Positions 27,758-34,684 of a stretch of 34,684 bases of DNA are shown here, piece after piece. The stretch is taken from positions 1-34,684 of the forward strand of contig JBCBJQ010000063.1 of the NCBI GenBank assembly GCA_038523235.1, written 5' to 3'. Each line of letters begins with the position of its first letter. The stretch's first letter is position 1. The stretch is from Cyanobacteria bacterium J06626_4 (GTDB taxonomy: Bacteria; Cyanobacteriota; Cyanobacteriia; Phormidesmidales; Phormidesmidaceae). The notes beneath the pieces are model-generated. The model was not told where the DNA came from, did not search any database, and saw only the letters and a list, made by a program, of their open reading frames with translations. A program made the translations under genes and the position numbers.

Positions 27758-29362
27758 TCATCGGGGGCTGACTGCGTGGAGCTGAACGCGGTTCTTGGCA
27801 TCGTCGTAGGTTTGGGTCAAGCGCCTATCACCCAATGCCTCAAATACCCAGGCTTGAACTGAGTTATATTCTGCTGCGTCCCATTCGGGCAGGTCTTCCT
27901 CCTTGGCTAACTCTATTAAGCGCTGCTGGGCGGCTTCGATGAAGGACCGGGGGGAGAAGGGAGCATCGTTCAGGTCGGTCAGCCAAGCTTCTAGCCACTG
28001 GTTGATCAGGGCATGGCGGCCCTCGGCGGAATTTAGGGTAGTCAGCTCTGAAGGGTCAGGCAGGCTGAAGGGCTCCTTTGCGGGCGGCGGTTCGCTGGTT
28101 TCTAGGGGCTCTACTGCAGTGGTGGCGGTGTCTTCAGAGGGCAAGGGGACTCGTGATAAATCGAGTTCGCCTTTGAAGGCTTTTTGGCTGAGGGCACCAT
28201 AGAGAGTTTCTAGATCAGTGAGGCTTTGTTGATAGCGGGACTTGATGTTCTCTATTCTTTCAGCGATCAAGGCGAATCTAATCTGCAATTGTTTTGGCGC
28301 ACATAAGATTTGGAACGTCTGGATGTCTTTAATGCTTATATGCGGCACGGTTGTTTCCGTTGGCTTGCAATGTCTAGTAAATGATGAATCCTTTAAATGC
28401 GCATACAAAAAATATTGTTCAACTTCTTTCGCTCGTAAACGAGCTGTACGCTGAACAAGGAGCGATCCACAACCAATTTCATCAACTGAGCAGATCTTCA
28501 AGCCACTAGAGATCCAAGGACGATCCATTGCGAGGACTATGTCATTGACTTCAAGCAGATATCGCTCCAGACCGGGCAGTAGTTCTTTGGGCCAGTAGTT
28601 GCATTTATCCCACTCAATTCTCTGCGGATAAATAATTAGCCCGCCACAGAGTCGTAGCTGCGTCGGGTCATCTGTATAGAAGTCACTCTTAAAAGGATGC
28701 CCAGTAATGATTTCTGCAACCTTACTACAAGGCTTTTTCTCCCATCCCTTCTCATTTCGCACGGGATCGCCGAACATCTCTAGGAAGACGCTTTTGAGTA
28801 GGTCGTCGAGTTGTTGCAGGTGTTGTTTGCGCTGGGCAATTAGCCCTTCCACCTTGCCAAGCACATAAGCAATCCGCTTTTGATCGTCGAGGGGAGGCAG
28901 TGGAACTTCAATCTTCTTTAAATCAGTTAGATTAGTACGAAGCCGTGTTGTACCTTTGCTTAGCCTCAAAACTCGATCTTGTCCTTCTGGAGAATTTAGA
29001 AAATCACATAGATACTGATGGTTAATCCTTGTTTTATCTCCCCTAAATCTGACAACATCAGCAACGATTATTCCCTCGTCGCAGTAGTCAGGTACGATAC
29101 AAGCGGTTCCCACAGCACCCAATTTAGCTATCACGACATCACCAGGTCTGTAATTATGTCGTGACAAGGAATCGGCCTTCTGTTGTGTGATGTACTTAAC
29201 ATCTTTAGGGAGATATTCATTTGGCCGAATGTTCTGCAATCGCATGACAGGAACACCAGCATCAACATACTCGGATGCCTTTAAATTCGAGCCAAAAGGT
29301 CCATCAACAAAACTACCTTTGCCATCTGCCAGTTCACCAAGAGTAACTTCGGGATAATTCAT
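27758..29362 (-). CDS. hsdS: Type I restriction-modification specificity subunit with C-terminal extension
   Basis: TRD1 (DGPFGSNLK), conserved region PLPPLDDQKRIA...VFLEMFGDP...GWE, TRD2, helix ending KAFKGEL, then about 135 extra residues; ATGA overlap with hsdM. Confidence 0.93.
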   Translation of the reverse strand: MNYPEVTLGELADGKGSFVDGPFGSNLKASEYVDAGVPVMRLQNIRPNEYLPKDVKYITQQKADSLSRHNYRPGDVVIAKLGAVGTACIVPDYCDEGIIVADVVRFRGDKTRINHQYLCDFLNSPEGQDRVLRLSKGTTRLRTNLTDLKKIEVPLPPLDDQKRIAYVLGKVEGLIAQRKQHLQQLDDLLKSVFLEMFGDPVRNEKGWEKKPCSKVAEIITGHPFKSDFYTDDPTQLRLCGGLIIYPQRIEWDKCNYWPKELLPGLERYLLEVNDIVLAMDRPWISSGLKICSVDEIGCGSLLVQRTARLRAKEVEQYFLYAHLKDSSFTRHCKPTETTVPHISIKDIQTFQILCAPKQLQIRFALIAERIENIKSRYQQSLTDLETLYGALSQKAFKGELDLSRVPLPSEDTATTAVEPLETSEPPPAKEPFSLPDPSELTTLNSAEGRHALINQWLEAWLTDLNDAPFSPRSFIEAAQQRLIELAKEEDLPEWDAAEYNSVQAWVFEALGDRRLTQTYDDAKNRVQLHAVSPR

Positions 29363-31029
29363 CCGATCATCTCCCTCAGTTCCAGCAGTTCTTTTACAAG
29401 ACCACCTTGTACCTCGGTTAGATCTTCGTCACCAATGTCACCCACCTCAGCCTGAATCAGGCTATCCAAAATCACCCCTGGGGCTTCATAGCTCACCTCT
29501 TCAAACACGTCTTTTTTGTATCGGCTTAAGCTCAAGTCATAGCCCTCAGCCTCAATTTCTGCACGAGGCACAAAAAAGCATTTGTTTTCATCTGTAATTG
29601 TTCGGTCAGTGTCCGTCTCTGGGTTGCGGGCCTGAAACTTGGCGACAATATCCTGCAAATCGCCATAGCCTTCCTGCTTGGTGCGTTTGTCATCCAGCGA
29701 GTAGCCATCGCTCTCCATGTCGTAAAACCACACCTGCTCCGTGGCGGGTTCGGTGACCTTCTCCTTCGGTCCCCACACCTTGGTAAACAGCAGGATGGCG
29801 GTGCTGACCCCGGCATAGGGCTTAAACACGCCGCTGGGCAGGGTGATCACGGCCTTAAGCTCGCAGCGCTCTACCAAGGTTTGGCGCAGCTGCTTAAACG
29901 CCTTACCCGAACCAAACAGCACTCCTTGCGGCACAATCACGCAGGCAGTGCCGCCTTTTTTCAGCAGGCGGTAAATATTCTCGACAAACAGCAGCTCTGT
30001 TTTGGTGGTCGAGAGGGTCAGGTTTTCGTTGATGTCGCCCTTGTCGATGCTGCCGGTAAAGGGCGGGTTGGCCATGACGATGTCATATTCACCCGCTTCG
30101 TCATAGCTTTTGCTGAGGGTGTCTTGATAGTCGATGTGGGGCTCGTCGATGCCGTGCATCATCAGGTTCATCAAGCCCAAGCGCACCATCGTGCCGTCGA
30201 TGTCATAGCCGTAGAGGCAGTCTTGCAAAATGGTTTGCGCGTCTTCGGTGAGGGCTGCCGCTACTGAGGTACGGATAAAGCCGTCTTCATCGGGGGAGAG
30301 ATCCGTGGTCCCGGCTCTGATGGCCAACTGGGTAACGATGTACTGATACGCCCCCAACAAAAAACCGCCAGAGCCACAGGCTGGATCCGCAATTTTGTGG
30401 CCTAGTTGCGGCTGCACCAGTTCGGCCATTAGCTTGATGATGTGGCGCGGCGTGCGGAACTGGCCATTTTTGCCCGCCGTGGCGATCTCCGACAGCAGCA
30501 TTTCATAGACATCGCCCTGGATATCTTGAAACGCCTGACCGTTTTCGCGGGAGTCCCGCTCCATGATGGCGAAGATCTGGTCGATAGTCTTCACCGCTTC
30601 CACCAGCAGAGTCGGTTTTGGGATGATGAACACCGCATTCTTCATGTGGTGGGAAAAGTTAGACTCCTCTCCGTTCAGATCCTTCAAAAAGGGAAACACC
30701 CGGCTCTGAACATGCTGCAGCATCTCCTCAGCCTGCATCCGCTTGAACTCGCTCCAGCGCAGCGTGCCCTTGTCGATGGCGTACTGCTCAGGGTTCTCCT
30801 GCTGGCGGTATTCCGGCGGAATCCAGGTGCCTGCAAATTTTGAAGTGTAAGACTCGCCGGTAAATTCAGCATCGGCCTGCTTTTTTTGATCCAGCTCATC
30901 CACTCGCTTCATAAACAGCAGGTAGGTGATCTGCTCGATCGCCGTGAGCGGGTTAGAAATGCCCCCCGACCAGAACTTGTCCCAGAGCTGGTCGATTTGG
31001 CTTTTGAGTTCAGGGTTGTTTTGCAGCAT
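29359..31029 (-). CDS. hsdM: Type I restriction-modification methyltransferase (m6A)
   Basis: LWDKFWSGGISNP, GQFRTPRH, motif I DPACGSGGF, motif IV ANPPF, VFKPYAGVST. Confidence 0.96.
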   Translation of the reverse strand: MLQNNPELKSQIDQLWDKFWSGGISNPLTAIEQITYLLFMKRVDELDQKKQADAEFTGESYTSKFAGTWIPPEYRQQENPEQYAIDKGTLRWSEFKRMQAEEMLQHVQSRVFPFLKDLNGEESNFSHHMKNAVFIIPKPTLLVEAVKTIDQIFAIMERDSRENGQAFQDIQGDVYEMLLSEIATAGKNGQFRTPRHIIKLMAELVQPQLGHKIADPACGSGGFLLGAYQYIVTQLAIRAGTTDLSPDEDGFIRTSVAAALTEDAQTILQDCLYGYDIDGTMVRLGLMNLMMHGIDEPHIDYQDTLSKSYDEAGEYDIVMANPPFTGSIDKGDINENLTLSTTKTELLFVENIYRLLKKGGTACVIVPQGVLFGSGKAFKQLRQTLVERCELKAVITLPSGVFKPYAGVSTAILLFTKVWGPKEKVTEPATEQVWFYDMESDGYSLDDKRTKQEGYGDLQDIVAKFQARNPETDTDRTITDENKCFFVPRAEIEAEGYDLSLSRYKKDVFEEVSYEAPGVILDSLIQAEVGDIGDEDLTEVQGGLVKELLELREMIG

Positions 31030-31061
31030 GGCTTGAATTCTGAAAGGTCAGGGCCTTTCCG

Positions 31062-33869
31062 TCAAGCGGCCAGCTGCTCGGTGAGCTGCAAGATTTCGGT
31101 AATTTCTGCCGGGCTAAACACCCCTCGAATCCCCTGGGGATGAATCACCGTGAACGGAGCGCTGATTAGGTCCTTCTTCTCCACCTTCTCCCGCTCGATG
31201 ATGAAGGTCTTCAACAGGTTCAGAAACTCCAGTTGGCGGCTGCTCAGGCTGCTGTGCTGCTGGATGAACTGGTCGAAAGCCTCGCTGACCGATTCTGGGA
31301 AACTCTGTAGCGTTTCCAGGCCGAGGATGTGGCGAATGAACTGAATGAATCGCGCCTTGCGGTTCTGGTAAACCTGACGCAGCAGGTCTTCGGTAATGTG
31401 GGGATGCTCCGCATGGAGGAGGTTGGCTAGGGCATCGGCCTCCTCGGGGGCGATCGCCTCACCGTTTTTGAGCTTCATCAGCACCGGGTTACTTGCTGTC
31501 AGCTCCGCAATCACGGCTTCCACCATTTCCCGATAGCGGCTAATGCTGACCGATTCGTGCTGGGGGCCAAACTCCACCCGTTCCTTGTTGTGCAGCTCGT
31601 CCACCAGGTTGAGATACACCGGCCCAGCGCTGGTACTCGATTCGCGGAACTTCATCAGCGGCCCCAGGCGATCGTTGAGCTGATCGAGCGCCCGTTCCCG
31701 TTCTTGCTCACTGCCCTCGGCCCAGTAGCGGTTGGTTTGGGCAGCGCGAATCAGGTCTTCCTCCGCTTTCACAAAATTGACCGACAGCGGCAGCTCCCCA
31801 ATGCGCTGCACAATACTCGCTCGCAAGTTTTCGGCCTCTGCCGGGTCATCCTGAAGTCTGGCCAACCCGTAGGCCACCAGGTCGCGCTCAAAACGCATCG
31901 CCTTAAAGTCCACCTCAGACACCGTGCGAAACAGCGGCTTGATGGTAGTCCGCAGGAACTCCAGCTTTTGATGGTCTGGGGTAGTCCAAAAGTTTTCATC
32001 GTCGAGGCGGGCCAGGGCGGCGGCGGCCTCCTTGATGATGACCGAGTTCGGGGGCAGCGCCGCGATCTGCTGACGGAGTTTGCCCACTTCCTGCTCAGCG
32101 ATCGCATGGTGGCCGCGATCGTTCGCAGCTTCGATCTTGTCGAGGCGGAGCCCCACCAACTGCACCGGCAAGGGCAGCTGGGGCTTCAGCTCCTTACCCT
32201 TCGGCTGCAGCTTGAAATACTCGAAATTGTCCCAGCAGTCGAGAATCAAAAAGACTTCTTTGGCCGGACACCAGGGCTTGGGCTTACGGGCCTCCAGCAA
32301 CCGCGTACCCCGGCCAATCATCTGCCAAAACTTGGTGTAAGAGTAAACCGGCTTAGCAAAAACCAGATTCACGATTTCCCGCACGTCAATGCCGGTATCG
32401 AGCATGTCCACGCTGATCGCCACGCGGGGCATGTCGTTGTTGGTGAACTGGTCCAGTAGCCCCCCTTTGCCGTAGACTCTGGGGTCCTCTGAGACCATCA
32501 CCTTGGCCAGTTCGCCTTTGTACTGCGGATACAGCTCGTCAAAAATCTCCTCCATGCGCCGAGCATGGGCTTTGGAAGAGCAGAAAAAGATGGTTTTACC
32601 AGGCAAGACCCCATTAGGATCTTTGATGCACTCTTCCATGAATTCTTTGACGATCAGGGTGTTGGTGCCCTTGTTGATCACCTGCTTTTCGAGCTGCGAG
32701 CCCTCAAAGTTAATCTCTTCGACTTCCTGGCCTTCCAGCAGCAGCTTCTTCTGGTCTTCCAGCGAGATCGTGCGCTTGCTGATGCCCTCCATCTGAAACT
32801 TGGTCTGAATCTTCATGACCTGAAAGTTGCACAGGTAGGGGGGGACGTTATTGACCGCTTCCTCAAAGGTGTAGGCAAAGGTGGGGAGACCATCCTCGCA
32901 GTGAAAGAGCTGAAAGGTGTTGTGGTCAATAATGTCGGTGGGGGTAGCCGTCAGCCCCAGGGTGATGGTTTTGAAATAGCTCAGGACTTCTTGATAGGTG
33001 TTGTAAATCGAGCGATGGCTTTCATCCACCACAATCAAGTCGAAAAAATGGGGCGATAGCGGCTGTAACCCATCCCGGATGATGTTGAGCATGGTGGGAT
33101 AGGTCGAGACGTAGATGCGGCGGTCTTTGGCAATCAGTTTCTCGCCCACCTTGGGCCAGCGCGGCTCGTGGGGCAAATGCTCCTTAAAAGCGGCCAGCGC
33201 CTGCTCCCGCAGCGCGATGCGATCGACCAGAAACAAAACCTTTTCGGCGTGACCTGCCCGCATCAGGGCATCGACCAGGGCAATACAGGTGCGCGTTTTG
33301 CCGGTGCCGGTCGCCATCACCAGCAGAAAATTGCGTTGCTGCCGGTCAATGCCTTCCAGTATTGCCCGAATAGCGCGGATTTGATAATCGCGTCCGGCAA
33401 TGTCGGTGTTGATTAGCTCCTGGGTGAGGGGCTTTTTATTCCGGCGGATGTATTGGAACCGCTCTAAATCATCACGGGTGGGAAACCCGACAACCTTTCG
33501 AGGCGGATAGTTGTCCAGATCCCAGAAGTAAATGTCGTGACCGTTGGTGTAGAAACAAAACGGCAGCTCACCGCCTAGTTGCTGCTGGATGTTGTAGCAG
33601 TATTGCTTGGCCTGTTCGCGGCCAAGCGCGGCGTCTTTACTCGACTTCTTGGCTTCAATCACCGCTAGAGGTTTGCCATCTTTGCCGAGCAACACGTAAT
33701 CACTGAACTGATGCCCCTGGTAAGATGCTCCTGGTTCAGCAGTCCTTCCAGATGAAGACGTCAGGATGTCAAATTCTTGAACAACCTGCATCGGATCTTG
33801 GACGTTCCAACCCGATTGGGCTAAGCGCTCATCAATCACCTCTATGCGGGTCTGCTGTTCACTTTTCAT
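31062..33869 (-). CDS. hsdR: Type I restriction endonuclease subunit R (EcoAI/EcoEI-like)
   Basis: SDYVL...VIEAKK nuclease motif, MATGTGKT, DESHRS, LTATP, MLDTGID, QMIGRGTR. Confidence 0.96.
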   Translation of the reverse strand: MKSEQQTRIEVIDERLAQSGWNVQDPMQVVQEFDILTSSSGRTAEPGASYQGHQFSDYVLLGKDGKPLAVIEAKKSSKDAALGREQAKQYCYNIQQQLGGELPFCFYTNGHDIYFWDLDNYPPRKVVGFPTRDDLERFQYIRRNKKPLTQELINTDIAGRDYQIRAIRAILEGIDRQQRNFLLVMATGTGKTRTCIALVDALMRAGHAEKVLFLVDRIALREQALAAFKEHLPHEPRWPKVGEKLIAKDRRIYVSTYPTMLNIIRDGLQPLSPHFFDLIVVDESHRSIYNTYQEVLSYFKTITLGLTATPTDIIDHNTFQLFHCEDGLPTFAYTFEEAVNNVPPYLCNFQVMKIQTKFQMEGISKRTISLEDQKKLLLEGQEVEEINFEGSQLEKQVINKGTNTLIVKEFMEECIKDPNGVLPGKTIFFCSSKAHARRMEEIFDELYPQYKGELAKVMVSEDPRVYGKGGLLDQFTNNDMPRVAISVDMLDTGIDVREIVNLVFAKPVYSYTKFWQMIGRGTRLLEARKPKPWCPAKEVFLILDCWDNFEYFKLQPKGKELKPQLPLPVQLVGLRLDKIEAANDRGHHAIAEQEVGKLRQQIAALPPNSVIIKEAAAALARLDDENFWTTPDHQKLEFLRTTIKPLFRTVSEVDFKAMRFERDLVAYGLARLQDDPAEAENLRASIVQRIGELPLSVNFVKAEEDLIRAAQTNRYWAEGSEQERERALDQLNDRLGPLMKFRESSTSAGPVYLNLVDELHNKERVEFGPQHESVSISRYREMVEAVIAELTASNPVLMKLKNGEAIAPEEADALANLLHAEHPHITEDLLRQVYQNRKARFIQFIRHILGLETLQSFPESVSEAFDQFIQQHSSLSSRQLEFLNLLKTFIIEREKVEKKDLISAPFTVIHPQGIRGVFSPAEITEILQLTEQLAA

Positions 33870-34253
33870 CCGCTTTGTCGTTCGCTGAGATCAATCCGAG
33901 TTGCAAACACCCTTGAGATAGTCATGTTGGTGGACGAGCAGCCCCTTTGGGTCAGTGGTTATAGGATTCCCAGGATCAACATCTAACATTGATTGCAAGA
34001 AATCGACCATTCCGATACCCAATCTTTTTCTGTTTGGCGTTATTTCTCAATCGTTTATGTTCCTGCCATCGTTGCTTAGCCCGGCGGTGACCTGGCCGCA
34101 CAAATGCAACCACCCAATGCGTTGAGAGTGACCCAACCGCTCCAGAATGAAACGCCCACCGTGAGCGACTGCAGCGCGATCGCAAATCCATCAGTCCAGG
34201 GAAAGCGCTGAGCCGCGATCTCATCCCAAAGCCAGTATCCATATCCCCTACGA

Positions 34254-34263
34254 TGTAACTACA
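34254..34263. promoter_or_regulatory. Palindromic operator candidate upstream of the TA operon
   Basis: TGTA-AC-TACA 16 bp before the toxin ATG. Confidence 0.5.
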
Positions 34264-34279
34264 CTGTAAGTATCAGGGT

Positions 34280-34573
34280 ATGACCGACATCATTTTTGAA
34301 TGGGACGATCGCAAAGCCCAGCAAAACGAAACGAAACACGGCATCTCCTTTGAAGAAGCCCAAACCGCCTTCTATGACGAAAATGCTCGACTCACCCCCG
34401 ACCCCGACCATTCCCAAGACGAAGACCGTTATGTCTTGCTCGGCCTGAGTGCCGTCCTACGAGTGCTCATCGTCTGTCACGTCTATCGCCACGATGACGA
34501 AGTGATTCGCCTTATTTCCGCCCGTAAAGCCACCAAACGCGAACAACAGCAATATCAGAGGTTTGCGCCATGA
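34280..34573 (+). CDS. brnT: BrnT family toxin
   Basis: FEWDDRKAQQNETKHGISFEEA...EDRYVLLG...IRLISARKAT. Confidence 0.92.
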   Translation: MTDIIFEWDDRKAQQNETKHGISFEEAQTAFYDENARLTPDPDHSQDEDRYVLLGLSAVLRVLIVCHVYRHDDEVIRLISARKATKREQQQYQRFAP

Positions 34574-34684
34574 GAGAGGAATACGACTTCACCGAATCCG
34601 TCCCCAATCCCTACGCGAAGAAGCTGAAGAAGCAAGTCACCATTCGCTTAGAGGAAGACGTGGTGGACTACTTTAAGGCCCTGG
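34570..34684 (+). CDS. brnA: BrnA family antitoxin (partial, runs off the window)
   Basis: ATGA overlap with brnT; MREEYDFTESVPNPYAKKLKKQVTIRLEEDVVDYFKAL. Confidence 0.88.
   Translation, partial: MREEYDFTESVPNPYAKKLKKQVTIRLEEDVVDYFKAL

Larger units (their letters stand above)
19710..34684. mobile_element. Genomic island integrated at tRNA-Ser (right end beyond the window)
   Basis: tRNA 3' fragment at the left boundary, recombinase, RHH genes, R-M and TA cargo, fewer HIP1 sites, no housekeeping genes. Confidence 0.72.

Noticed and set aside
31557..32459. 300-aa plus-strand ORF (and similar antisense ORFs within pyrC, the P-type ATPase, murE, hsdM)
   Set aside because: Shadow ORFs opposite well-supported genes, with no recognisable motifs.
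33976..34242. 88-aa minus-strand ORF upstream of hsdR
   Set aside because: No recognisable motif or convincing start; cannot be supported as a gene.

Overview
Cyanobacterial chromosomal window, judged from frequent HIP1 GCGATCGC octamers, petJ, and GUN4 and pentapeptide-repeat proteins. Bases 1-19650 are mostly backbone: pyrC, a P-type ATPase, GDPD, petJ, murE, cysH, a GGDEF protein and a NUDIX hydrolase. This part also carries an IS630-interrupted, frameshifted Roc-COR gene and a REP-flanked RAYT region with a TIR-GUN4 gene. At about 19654-19709 a 3' fragment of tRNA-Ser(UGA) marks the probable left att boundary of an integrated element that runs off the right edge. The element first carries a compact mobile module: a CBM/Ig-Ig/thermonuclease fusion, a phage-like 171-aa protein, a small membrane protein, two RHH proteins, seven helically phased TGATGAC repeats and a minimal tyrosine recombinase. 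It then carries a pentapeptide-repeat protein, a five-gene operon (hsdR, hsdM, hsdS with an unusual ~135-aa C-terminal extension, ABC-type ATPase, HNH nuclease) and a BrnT/BrnA pair. The best candidate for a poorly characterised system is this type I R-M locus joined to a Septu/PtuAB-like ATPase-HNH module. All family assignments come from motif recognition by eye; no database searches were run.
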